In this document: one piece after another, positions 1 to 9,459 of the stretch
Layout of the letters: every line of letters begins with the position of its first letter
Numbering within the stretch: the first letter of the stretch is position 1
Assembly: GCA_043424535.1 (NCBI GenBank)
Contig: JBHWOV010000064.1
Coordinates: forward strand, 1 to 47,680
Length of the DNA stretch: 47,680 nucleotides
DNA from: Aerococcaceae bacterium
Lineage (GTDB): Bacteria; Bacillota; Bacilli; Lactobacillales; Aerococcaceae
Direction of reading: 5' to 3'
Made by a program: the position numbers and the translations under genes
Notes under the pieces: model-generated
Seen by the model: the letters and a program-made list of their open reading frames with translations, nothing else
The model's database searches: none
What the model was told of the DNA's origin: nothing

Positions 1-16
1 AGAAAGGAAGTATAAT

Positions 17-268
17 ATGAAACAAGGAATTCATCCAGAATATCAACCAGTTGTGTTTATGGATACTTCAACAGGATATAAATTTTTATCAGGATCTACT
101 AAATCATCCGATGAAACGGTAGAATGGGAAGATGGAAATACTTATCCGTTGATTCGTGTTGAGATTTCTTCAGACTCACATCCATTCTATACTGGCCGTC
201 AAAAGTTCACGCAAGCCGATGGTCGTGTGGACCGTTTCAACAAAAAATACGGTTTTTCAAACGATTAA
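17..268 (+). CDS. rpmE2: 50S ribosomal protein L31 type B (no Zn-binding cysteines)
   Basis: MKQGIHPEY...[13 protein letters not shown]...[11 protein letters not shown]; 83 aa with no Cys; SD AAAGGA upstream. Confidence 0.97.
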   Translation: MKQGIHPEYQPVVFMDTSTGYKFLSGSTKSSDETVEWEDGNTYPLIRVEISSDSHPFYTGRQKFTQADGRVDRFNKKYGFSND

Positions 269-296
269 TTTACAGTCAATTATGTATCACATTATT

Positions 297-325
297 AGGT
301 TTCTGCGTAATGCAGAAACCTTTTT
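297..325 (+). terminator. Intrinsic terminator of rpmE2
   Basis: AGGTTTCTGC-gtaat-GCAGAAACCT followed by T run. Confidence 0.85.
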
Positions 326-434
326 GCATATATAAAGAATCTTTACATAAAACACATAGAAAATTAACAATTAATTATTCTTAATATGCTATCATGACGA
401 GAATGAATAGTTCAAACAAGGAAGGAGAAAAAAA

Positions 435-680
435 GTGGAATATAGCGAACTTGTCCAAGCATTAGATAAATTGAATGTCCAAATCATTATTCAAACAATT
501 GGAGATGGAAAAGTACTAGTTGTAGTACGAGATAATCAACCAATTGCTCATTTACTTCAAAATAAAATTAACGCATTTTATACTGGATATGATAAATTTA
601 ATGATTTAATGTGTAGTGAACAACAACAAATAACGGAGCTATTACAGAACTTTTCGAACACACCTGTATCAGCTCGCTAG
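435..680 (+). CDS. Hypothetical protein, 81 aa, resembling a small Lactobacillales phage protein domain
   Basis: GTG start with strong SD AAGGAG; extended -10 TGcTATCAT at 387-395; own terminator; C-terminal LL..F..TP...R pattern. Confidence 0.7.
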   Translation: MEYSELVQALDKLNVQIIIQTIGDGKVLVVVRDNQPIAHLLQNKINAFYTGYDKFNDLMCSEQQQITELLQNFSNTPVSAR

Positions 681-704
681 AAGCATGGAGCACATGCTTT
701 TTTT
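681..704 (+). terminator. Intrinsic terminator of the 81-aa gene
   Basis: AAGCATG-gagca-CATGCTT followed by T run. Confidence 0.7.
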
Positions 705-787
705 ATGCAATGAATTGTTAGGTAATCCTAGAACTTTTGGTCTAGGTTCGCTATAATGGATATATAAAATAAAAGGGGGACTTAAAC

Positions 788-1645
788 ATGAGTCGTTTAG
801 TAAGTATGACAGATATGTTAAACAAAGCAAAAGAAGGGCATTATGCTGTCGGACAATTCAATATCAATAATTTAGAGTGGACCCAAGCAGTTTTAACGGC
901 AGCCCAAGAAAACAACTCACCGATAATTTTAGGAGTATCAGAAGGTGCAACGAAATATATGGGTGGAGCGAAAGTTGTTGGCGCAATGGTTAATGCTTTG
1001 ATGGAAACGATGGATATTACTGTACCTGTTGCTTTACACTTAGACCATGGTTCTTCTTTTGAATCTTGTAAAGATGCGATCGATAATGGGTATACATCCG
1101 TTATGATTGATGGCTCACATTCACCAATTGATGATAATGTTGAATTAACTAAACAAGTAGTTGAATATGCACATGAAAGAGGAGCATCTGCTGAAGCTGA
1201 AGTTGGAACTGTCGGTGGTGAAGAAGACGGTGTCGTCGGCGGAGTTCAATATGCAGATTTAGATGAATGTGTGCGAATGGTTGAAGAAGCAAATGTTGAT
1301 GCTTTAGCAGCGGCATTAGGTTCTGTTCACGGAACTTATGACGGTGAGCCAAAATTAGGCTTCGATGAAATGGAAGCAATTTCTGAAGCGACGAATGCAC
1401 CATTAGTACTGCACGGTGGTTCCGGTATTCCAGAGTATCAAATTAAAAAAGCAATTGACCGCGGTCATGCGAAAATTAATGTTAATACAGAATTGCAACA
1501 ACAATTTACTGAAGCAACACGTGAATTATTAGATAATGATAAAAAAGTATACGATCCTCGTAAAGTACTAAAACCTGGTGTTGAAGCGATTGTAAAAACA
1601 ACAAAAGAAACAATGGACATGTTTGGATCGACTGGTAAAGCTTAA
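788..1645 (+). CDS. fba: Class II fructose-1,6-bisphosphate aldolase
   Basis: Motifs [41 protein letters not shown]. Confidence 0.97.
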   Translation: MSRLVSMTDMLNKAKEGHYAVGQFNINNLEWTQAVLTAAQENNSPIILGVSEGATKYMGGAKVVGAMVNALMETMDITVPVALHLDHGSSFESCKDAIDNGYTSVMIDGSHSPIDDNVELTKQVVEYAHERGASAEAEVGTVGGEEDGVVGGVQYADLDECVRMVEEANVDALAAALGSVHGTYDGEPKLGFDEMEAISEATNAPLVLHGGSGIPEYQIKKAIDRGHAKINVNTELQQQFTEATRELLDNDKKVYDPRKVLKPGVEAIVKTTKETMDMFGSTGKA

Positions 1646-1666
1646 TTTTGAATCAAAAATAATTTT

Positions 1667-1702
1667 AAGACATATTAGCTATTATTGCTAATATGTCTTT
1701 TT
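1667..1702 (+). terminator. Intrinsic terminator of fba
   Basis: AAGACATATTAGC-N7-GCTAATATGTCTT followed by TTT. Confidence 0.85.
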
Positions 1703-1867
1703 AGTTTCACTAATTGAACTCCTCAGCTTTTATCGTTTCTAACATTATTCTTAGAATTGTTTGAACATCAAAGTAACTGTCAGTTGGCAAGAACACAATA
1801 GTCACAGTTTTTGTTTTTTGAGTCTGCTATAATTGTTTTCAAATCGATTTAACATAAGGAGATATTT

Positions 1868-2749
1868 ATGAAAACAGCATATTTAATAGACAGTACAGCC
1901 GGTTTTTTGCAAGATTATGGCAATAGAGATGATGTATATGAAGTCACTTTGAGTGCCATCTTTCCCAATGGTGAAACCGTTTTTGACTCACCTGATTTGA
2001 AATGTACCGAACGTTTTCGGACACTAAAAAAGCAATTTCAAGAGAAACCCACATCATCTCAACCAAGTCTTGGAGAGATATATGAAGTCTTCGATCAAAT
2101 AAAAGAAGAAGGCTATGATGAAGTTTATTGTGTTACCTTAGGTAGTTTGCTAAGTGGGACATATCATAGTGTACACAGTGTTGCTGAAGAATATTCTGAT
2201 GATTTTAAAACTTATATTTATGACACACGCTCAGCAGTGACGACACCTTATGCAGTGATGGAAGAGATTATACGATTGGTCGAAGCAGGTGAATCATTTG
2301 ATGTTATTGACCGCCGAGTAAACTATATGATCGATGAATCTCGTGCATTTTTAATTATGCTTCAACTCGATGCACTTCAGCAAGGTGGAAGGTTAGAATT
2401 ATCAGAAGATTCTTTAGTTGCTCATAATAATTTTAAAGCGATTATTGAAATCAGTGATGAAGGAAAATTATTTGTATTAGATAAGGTCCGTACTGAACGA
2501 CGACGTGAAGAAGAATTAATCAAATTTATTACAGAAAAACACCAGCAATTTGATGGACATGTATCGGTTATTCTGTCGAATGCTTTTGCTGAAGAAGAGA
2601 TGATCGCTTTTCGTTCTAAAATCCATGATAAACTTCCTAATATACCTGTCCATATTCGCACGATGACACCATCTTTAATGTGCCATTTAGATGATAAAGG
2701 TTATATATTTGGAATCGTACCGGATATGGAGAAAATAGATAATATTTAG
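1868..2749 (+). CDS. DegV/FakB family fatty-acid-binding protein (divergent)
   Basis: IDSTA, PTSSQPS, LSGTY, QGGRL and C-terminal His; SD AAGGAG. Confidence 0.9.
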   Translation: MKTAYLIDSTAGFLQDYGNRDDVYEVTLSAIFPNGETVFDSPDLKCTERFRTLKKQFQEKPTSSQPSLGEIYEVFDQIKEEGYDEVYCVTLGSLLSGTYHSVHSVAEEYSDDFKTYIYDTRSAVTTPYAVMEEIIRLVEAGESFDVIDRRVNYMIDESRAFLIMLQLDALQQGGRLELSEDSLVAHNNFKAIIEISDEGKLFVLDKVRTERRREEELIKFITEKHQQFDGHVSVILSNAFAEEEMIAFRSKIHDKLPNIPVHIRTMTPSLMCHLDDKGYIFGIVPDMEKIDNI

Positions 2750-2765
2750 TAAGATTTCTTAGTCG

Positions 2766-2818
2766 AAAAAACATTAAAGCCGCTCAACTTTAGGTAAAAA
2801 CCTATGGTTGAGCGGCTT
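2766..2818. terminator. Long hairpin; terminator with its U-rich tail on the minus strand, possibly bidirectional
   Basis: AAGCCGCTCAAC(2777-2788)-tttaggt-aaaa-acctatg-GTTGAGCGGCTT(2807-2818); A run at 2766-2771. Confidence 0.8.
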
Positions 2819-2908
2819 AATTATATCTATTTATAATTTACTTACATTACATTCAAAATCCACTTCAATATCGCTACAGAGAATTGTCTTGTCTGAATTT
2901 CATCTCCA

Positions 2909-3040
2909 TTATATAAGGGGAGATGCGATTAAAATAAGTGAGATAATAACAATTCCCCAAGTGAAACAAGATAATATTGTTTCTTGATTGATCGATTTCT
3001 TTTTATGATGTGAATTGTTCTTAAAGATAGTTAAATACAC
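2909..3040 (-). CDS. Putative small membrane peptide, 43 aa (below ORF-track cutoff)
   Basis: Hand translation from GTG 3040: MYLTIFKNNSHHKKKSINQETILSCFTWGIVIISLILIASPLI*; lies between a near-consensus promoter and a terminator. Confidence 0.5.
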   Translation of the reverse strand: MYLTIFKNNSHHKKKSINQETILSCFTWGIVIISLILIASPLI

Positions 3041-3067
3041 CTTACTTTCTATATTTCTATGATAGTC

Positions 3068-3095
3068 ATTATATAACACACAATTTATGAGTCAA
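3068..3095 (-). promoter_or_regulatory. Sigma-70/A type promoter pointing into the degV-secA gap
   Basis: TTGACT(3095-3090)-N16-TATAAT(3073-3068). Confidence 0.65.
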
Positions 3096-3369
3096 GGGTA
3101 TAACTTTTTTCTTATAAAACACTTATATATAGTTATGAAAGAAGCATATATCGCAGTTTTTTGATATAATAAGCTATATACGCTAAATTAGATCTTATTT
3201 TAACACTATATTCATTAACATTTCAAACTTATGATTGATAATGATTAGAAGCGAAAAAGTTATTCAAATTAAAAGAATAACATGTTACACTAAAACAGTA
3301 TATATAATGCGGATAGTTGAGAATAAAAGATTATCTGATAACAATGCATGAAATAAAAGGAGTAGCTGA

Positions 3370-5748
3370 ATGGCAAACTTTATTAAAAATTTAATTGAAA
3401 ATGATAAAGCAACTTTACGTCGTACTGGACGAATTGCTGATCAAATAATTGAGATGGAACCAACATATCGCGAGATGACGGATGATGAATTAGCTGCGAT
3501 GACGGTTGAATTCAAACAACGTCATGCTGATGGAGAATCATTAGATAAATTATTACCTGAAGCATTTGCTGTTGTGCGTGAAGCAGCACGACGTGTCCTG
3601 GGACTATTCCCTTACAAAGTTCAAATTCAAGGGGCAATTATTCTACATGAAGGAAATATTGCCGAAATGAAGACAGGTGAAGGAAAAACATTAACAGAGA
3701 CGATGCCTGTTTACCTGAATGCATTAGCAGGTAAAGGTGTCCATGTTGTCACAGTTAACGATTATTTGGCTACACGTGACTCACAAGAAATGGGAGCAGT
3801 ATTTCGTTTCTTAGGATTAACGGTAGGACTTAATTTGAACAGTTTAAATTCACAACAAAAACGTGAAGCTTATCAATGTGATATTACTTATAGTACTAAT
3901 AATGAATTAGGCTTTGATTATTTACGTGATAATATGGTGGTTTATGAAAGACAGATGGTTCAGCGCCCACTTTATTATGCGATCGTCGATGAGGTTGACT
4001 CTATTTTAATCGACGAGGCGCGTACACCTTTGATTATTTCTGGTCAAGCTGGAAAATCAACGGCTCTCTATACTCGAGCAGACTATTTTGTTAAAGGATT
4101 AACCGAGGATGAAGACTATACAATAGAATTATCTTCTAAAACCATCGCCTTAACTGACGAAGGTGTCGATAAGGCAGAACGCGTTTTCAGATTAGATAAT
4201 TTATATGATATCGAAAATAATGCATTAGTGCACCATATCGATCAAGCATTGCGAGCTAATTATATTATGATTAAAGACATCGATTATGTTGTCGATGACG
4301 GTGCCGTGAAAATTGTCGATGGATTTACCGGTCGTATAATGGAAGGCCGCCGTTACTCTGATGGTCTACATCAAGCGATTGAAGCTAAAGAAAATGTAGA
4401 AATTGAGAATGAATCGAAAACAATGGCTACGATTACTTTCCAGAATTATTTTAGAATGTATGAAAAATTAGCAGGGATGACTGGAACGGCTAAAACAGAA
4501 GAAGAAGAATTTCGTGAAATATATAATATGGATGTTGTTCAGATTCCTACAAACCGACCAATTCAGCGTATTGACTCTGCAGACTTACTTTATCCAAACT
4601 TAAAGACAAAATTTAAAGCGGTCGTGAATAAAATTAAAGAATTGCATGAAAAAGGACAACCAGTCTTAGTCGGGACCGTAGCAGTAGAAACTTCAGAATA
4701 TTTGTCCCGTCATTTAACGCAAGCTGGTATTCCGCATGAAGTGCTCAATGCAAAAAATCACTTTAAAGAAGCTGAAATCATTATGTCAGCAGGCCAAAAA
4801 GGAGCAGTCACGATTGCTACAAATATGGCTGGACGTGGAACGGATATTAAATTAGGTAGTGGTGTGAAAGAATTAGGTGGACTCTTCGTAATGGGGACCG
4901 AGCGTCACGAATCCCGTCGTATTGATGATCAATTAAGAGGACGATCAGGAAGACAAGGAGATCCAGGTGCGTCGCAATTTTATCTGTCCTTAGAGGATGA
5001 TTTAATGCGTCGTTTTGGTTCTGAACGTATTCAAGGTCTATGGGAACAGCTTAGCGATTCAGAAGACGATTTAGCAATTCAAAATAGAATGCTAACCCGT
5101 CAAGTAGAATCTGCTCAAAGACGAGTGGAAGGTAATAACTATGACACTCGTAAAAATGTTTTAGAATATGATGAAGTCATGCGTGAACAGCGTGAAGTTA
5201 TTTATGACCAAAGACTCCAAGTGATTCAACAAGAAGAACCTTTAACACCTTATGTTAAAGCGATGATGCGTCGTACAATTGAAAGACAAGTTCAATATGC
5301 TACAGAAGGCGATAAGAAAGATTGGAATTTAGAGAGTCTGTTAGATTTTGCAGGCAATGCTTTAGTACATCCTGATCAAATATCAATTTCAGATCTAGAA
5401 GGCAAAAATCGCAAAGAACTAAATGAATATCTTTATAACTTGGCTGAACGTGCCTATGATGAGAAGACTGAACATTTAACAGAAGATCAACTCAACGAAT
5501 TTGAAAAAGTAATTATTTTACGTGTTGTTGATAGTAAATGGACAGATCATATTGATATGATGGATAATCTGAGACAAAGTGTCGGTTTACGTGCTTATGC
5601 TCAAACGAATCCATTAACAGAATATCAAACAGAAGGATACGATCGTTTCCAAGATATGATTGCTGAAATCGAGCATGATATTACACGTTATCTAATGAAA
5701 GCCCAAATTCATCAGAACGTAAAAAGAGAACAAGTAAATAAAGCATAA
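3370..5748 (+). CDS. secA: Preprotein translocase ATPase SecA (no C-terminal SEC-C Zn domain)
   Basis: [50 protein letters not shown]. Confidence 0.98.
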   Translation: MANFIKNLIENDKATLRRTGRIADQIIEMEPTYREMTDDELAAMTVEFKQRHADGESLDKLLPEAFAVVREAARRVLGLFPYKVQIQGAIILHEGNIAEMKTGEGKTLTETMPVYLNALAGKGVHVVTVNDYLATRDSQEMGAVFRFLGLTVGLNLNSLNSQQKREAYQCDITYSTNNELGFDYLRDNMVVYERQMVQRPLYYAIVDEVDSILIDEARTPLIISGQAGKSTALYTRADYFVKGLTEDEDYTIELSSKTIALTDEGVDKAERVFRLDNLYDIENNALVHHIDQALRANYIMIKDIDYVVDDGAVKIVDGFTGRIMEGRRYSDGLHQAIEAKENVEIENESKTMATITFQNYFRMYEKLAGMTGTAKTEEEEFREIYNMDVVQIPTNRPIQRIDSADLLYPNLKTKFKAVVNKIKELHEKGQPVLVGTVAVETSEYLSRHLTQAGIPHEVLNAKNHFKEAEIIMSAGQKGAVTIATNMAGRGTDIKLGSGVKELGGLFVMGTERHESRRIDDQLRGRSGRQGDPGASQFYLSLEDDLMRRFGSERIQGLWEQLSDSEDDLAIQNRMLTRQVESAQRRVEGNNYDTRKNVLEYDEVMREQREVIYDQRLQVIQQEEPLTPYVKAMMRRTIERQVQYATEGDKKDWNLESLLDFAGNALVHPDQISISDLEGKNRKELNEYLYNLAERAYDEKTEHLTEDQLNEFEKVIILRVVDSKWTDHIDMMDNLRQSVGLRAYAQTNPLTEYQTEGYDRFQDMIAEIEHDITRYLMKAQIHQNVKREQVNKA

Positions 5749-5763
5749 TAAATGAAGAATATT

Positions 5764-5790
5764 CCGACAGCAATCGTTGTCGGTTTTCTT
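5764..5790 (+). terminator. Terminator-like hairpin between secA and prfB
   Basis: CCGACAGC-aatc-GTTGTCGG followed by TTTTCTT. Confidence 0.65.
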
Positions 5791-5815
5791 CTTTAAAATT
5801 TAAAGGATGAAAGAT

Positions 5816-6923
5816 ATGGAATTATATGAAATAAAACAATTTTTAACTGAGGCACAACAAAGACTAACCAATATAAGGGGGTCTCTTTGACTTAGAATTA
5901 TTAGAAGCTGATATTGCAGACTATGAAAACCAAATGCTAGCACCTGATTTCTGGGATGATAATAAAAAAGCACAAAAAATTATATCAGAATTGAATGAGT
6001 CGAAATCAACTTATGAAGCGATTAATCGGTTAAATGAATTAGTTGAAGAATTAGAAATGGCTATTGAATTATACAGTCAAACAGAAGATAGAGAATTGTT
6101 TGATGAAGCAATTGCTATCGTGGAACAATTAAGTAAAGAATTAAATGAGTATGAAATGCTTCTCTTATTGTCAGGTGAACACGATGATAATGATGCGATC
6201 TTAGAGATACATCCTGGAGCAGGTGGAACGGAATCTCAAGATTGGGGAAGTATTTTATTGAGAATGTATCAGCGCTTCGCAGATCAACATCAATTTAAAG
6301 TGGAAATGATTGATTATCAAGCAGGTGATGAAGCTGGGATAAAAAGTGTCACCCTAGAAATTAAGGGACCTAAAGCGTATGGACTTTTGCAATCAGAAAA
6401 AGGCGTTCATCGTTTAGTACGCATTTCGCCATTTGACTCAAACAGTCGTCGCCATACATCTTTTGCGTCAGTAGAAGTGACTCCTGTCTTAGATGATTCG
6501 ATTGACATTGAGATAAATGAAGAAGATTTACGGATCGATACTTACCGTGCAAGTGGGGCGGGCGGTCAACACGTTAATAAAACAGATTCTGCAGTCCGCA
6601 TTACTCATGCTCCAACAGGGATTGTTGTTCAAAGTCAAGCGCAACGATCGCAATTACAAAACCGTGAACAAGCAATGAATTTATTAAAAGCGAAACTTTA
6701 TCAGCGTGAACAAGAAGAAAAAGAACAAGAGCTAGCAGCGCTTCGTGGCGAACAGAAAGAAATTGCTTGGGGATCACAGATTCGATCTTATGTTTTCCAT
6801 CCTTATTCTATGGTTAAGGATCATCGTACCGATTATGAAACTGGAAATGCTCAAGCAGTTGTTGACGGCGATTTGGATCCATTCATAGATGCTTATTTAC
6901 AGTGGAAAATCTCAAAAGATTAA
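5816..6923 (+). CDS. prfB: Peptide chain release factor 2, programmed +1 frameshift; join(5816..5887,5889..6923), 368 aa
   Basis: ATG 5816 opens 24 codons ending AGGGGG-TCT-CTT-TGA-C; the +1 frame continues into the ORF with SPF and GGQ motifs. Confidence 0.97.
5876..5891 (+). promoter_or_regulatory. prfB programmed ribosomal frameshift cassette
   Basis: Internal SD AGGGGG, 3-nt spacer, CTT TGA C. Confidence 0.96.
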
Positions 6924-6938
6924 TATGGAGGTATTGAG

Positions 6939-7619
6939 ATGATAGTCTTAGATCGTGTGACAAAAAAATATCCTAATGGAATTATAGCGGTAAATAATAC
7001 AAGCTTACGAATCGAACAAGGAGAATATGTTTATATTATTGGCCCGAGCGGTTCAGGAAAATCGACATTAATGAAACTGTTGAATCGTGAAGAAAGAATA
7101 TCTAAAGGACATATACAAGTTGGAAAATATCAAATAGAAACAATAAAAGATAAAGAAGTACCATATTTACGACGATATGTTGGTGTTGTCTTTCAAGATT
7201 TCAAATTATTGCCGAATTTAACAGTTTATGAAAATGTTGCTTTCGCGTTAGAGGTCACTGGACAACCTAATAAAGAGATCAAAGAAAGAGTTAATAAAGT
7301 ATTGGGAATGGTTGGACTATCTTCTAAAGCGGACCAATATCCTCGAAGTTTATCCGGTGGAGAACAGCAACGTGTGGCTATAGCTAGAGCAATTGTCAAT
7401 CGTCCTGCGATTTTAATTGCGGATGAGCCAACAGGTAACTTAGACCCTGAGACCGCCCGTGAAATTTTCCAAATACTTGAAATGATTAATCAAAGTGGGA
7501 CAACTGTAATCATGGGAACGCATAATAATCAATTAGTGGATGAATTCAAACATCGTGTGATTCGTTTAGAAGAAGGTCGCGTCATCAGTGATACATATAA
7601 GGGGGATTATGAAGCATGA
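6939..7619 (+). CDS. ftsE: Cell division ABC ATPase FtsE
   Basis: [42 protein letters not shown]; follows prfB and precedes ftsX. Confidence 0.95.
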   Translation: MIVLDRVTKKYPNGIIAVNNTSLRIEQGEYVYIIGPSGSGKSTLMKLLNREERISKGHIQVGKYQIETIKDKEVPYLRRYVGVVFQDFKLLPNLTVYENVAFALEVTGQPNKEIKERVNKVLGMVGLSSKADQYPRSLSGGEQQRVAIARAIVNRPAILIADEPTGNLDPETAREIFQILEMINQSGTTVIMGTHNNQLVDEFKHRVIRLEEGRVISDTYKGDYEA

Positions 7620-8506
7620 GAGCAATTCGTACAATGTGGCGTCACTTGCGTAATGGATTTTTAAATTTATTCCGTAATGCTTGGATGACCATCGCTTCAG
7701 TCTTAACCATGACTTTAACTTTAACAATGGTAGGTGGTTTGGTCTTCCTAATGATGAATGTTGATAATATCGCTACAGACATTGAAGAAGGGGTCAAAAT
7801 ACGAACCCATATCGACATAGCGGCTGATGCATCTGATGAAGAAAGATTAGAAGAGCAAATTAAACAGATTGATCAAGTAGAACAAGTAGACTATTCATCA
7901 AAAGAAGAAGAATATCAATTATTGGTTGATCAATATGGCGAAGAATTTGAATTATTTGAAGGAGACAATAACCCTTTTTATAATGTATTTGTCGTAAGTG
8001 TCACTGATCCTGAGCATTTAGAAAATGTTGCTCAACAAATTCGAGAATTGCCTTTTGTGATTGATGCAAATTATGGCGAAGAGACAGCTGTGGATTTAGT
8101 TCGTGTTTTGAATATAGCTCGAGCTATTGTAGCAGCAATTGCTGCTGTTTTGGTTGTTATTGCGATTCTCTTAATATCTAACACTATCCGCCTAACAATT
8201 GATGCGAGATCTACGGAGATAGAAATTATGCGTTTAGTTGGGGCAAAAAACTCTTATATTAAAGCGCCGCTTATATTTGAAGGAGCTTTTATTGGCATAA
8301 TTGGTGCAGCACTTGCTACATTCTTTGTTTTCGTTCTTTATCAAAGTTTACAATCGGCTACGGTTCAAATTTTTGGTATGAGTATTCTTAAATTTGCTCC
8401 TGTTTATCCAACCATTATTTATATTGGTATTGGATTATTAATATTAGGTATCGTCCTAGGAATGATTGGTGCAAATCGTTCATCTAAGAAACATCTTGTA
8501 ATATAA
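7616..8506 (+). CDS. ftsX: Cell division permease FtsX
   Basis: Four TM segments; ISNTIRLTI.AR..EIEIMRLVGA; ATGA overlap with ftsE. Confidence 0.95.
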   Translation: MRAIRTMWRHLRNGFLNLFRNAWMTIASVLTMTLTLTMVGGLVFLMMNVDNIATDIEEGVKIRTHIDIAADASDEERLEEQIKQIDQVEQVDYSSKEEEYQLLVDQYGEEFELFEGDNNPFYNVFVVSVTDPEHLENVAQQIRELPFVIDANYGEETAVDLVRVLNIARAIVAAIAAVLVVIAILLISNTIRLTIDARSTEIEIMRLVGAKNSYIKAPLIFEGAFIGIIGAALATFFVFVLYQSLQSATVQIFGMSILKFAPVYPTIIYIGIGLLILGIVLGMIGANRSSKKHLVI

Positions 8507-8513
8507 TTAGTAG

Positions 8514-8548
8514 AAAAAACGTGGACATTTGTTCACGTTTTTTGTTTT
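8514..8548 (+). terminator. Intrinsic terminator after ftsX
   Basis: AAAAAACGTGGACA-tt-TGTTCACGTTTTTT. Confidence 0.8.
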
Positions 8549-8667
8549 ATAACAATATTAAAACGTATGGAAATGAACACTATAATAGATTTTAGTTTTA
8601 GGTTTTACATGCTATAATGAAAGGTAATAAAGTGGCGCGTCACTGTAAAAAAGGATGGAGAAATAAC

Positions 8668-9459
8668 TTGAATGAGATATTGATTGTAGATGATGAGCAA
8701 GCTATCTTGACTTTATTAGAATACAATTTGGCTCAAGCTGGCTATCAGGTACACAAAGCTGAACGAGGCGACGATGCGTTTCAAATGATTAAAGATAATT
8801 CATATGATTTTATTATTTTAGATGTGATGTTACCAGGCATGGATGGGATGGATGTGTGTCGACGAGTCCGACAGCAAGGAATTGACACACCTATTATTTT
8901 ACTAACGGCCAAAGATCAGGAATATGATAAAATACTTGGCTTGGAGTTTGGTGCGGATGACTATATGACTAAACCTTTTAGTCCACGAGAAGTGATCGCT
9001 CGCATGAAAGCAATCCTGAGAAGAACTGAAGCTCGTAAAATTGATGATGAAACAAGAACGCTTGCTATGCATAAGGAAGCAACAGATATCGAATTGGAAG
9101 AACTCTCGCAACAAAATGATTTAGATGATGCGGCAGAAATGGAAAATGAGTCAATCATTCGTTTAGGAGAGATTCATATTTATCGGGATCGTTATGAAGT
9201 GGAAGTACGGGGTGAACCGATCGATATTACACCTAAAGAATTTGAATTGTTGGTCTATATGGCTTTACGTAAAGGAAGAGTCTTAAGTAGAGAACAGTTG
9301 CTTGATAATATTTGGAATTTTGATTATGTCGGAGAAACACGAATCGTTGATGTTCATATTAGCCACTTACGGGAGAAGATAGAAGAAGATACTAAAAATC
9401 CTAAATATATTATTACTCAACGAGGATTTGGCTATCGCTTTGAGGTTCCTAACGAATGA
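8668..9459 (+). CDS. phoP: OmpR-family response regulator PhoP
   Basis: TTG start 8668 after SD GGAG; IVDDE, ILDVMLPG, GADDYMTKPF, VDVHISHLREKIE; adjacent to the kinase and pst genes. Confidence 0.88.
   Translation: MNEILIVDDEQAILTLLEYNLAQAGYQVHKAERGDDAFQMIKDNSYDFIILDVMLPGMDGMDVCRRVRQQGIDTPIILLTAKDQEYDKILGLEFGADDYMTKPFSPREVIARMKAILRRTEARKIDDETRTLAMHKEATDIELEELSQQNDLDDAAEMENESIIRLGEIHIYRDRYEVEVRGEPIDITPKEFELLVYMALRKGRVLSREQLLDNIWNFDYVGETRIVDVHISHLREKIEEDTKNPKYIITQRGFGYRFEVPNE

Noticed and set aside
1620..1870. Element integrated at the fba 3' end (a known ICE target in streptococci)
   Set aside because: fba is followed directly by its terminator and degV; no duplicated core or mobility gene.
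2875..2910. Minus-strand micro-ORF MEMKFRQDNSL* overlapping the stop of the 43-aa ORF
   Set aside because: Only 11 codons with no independent SD; cannot be supported from sequence alone.
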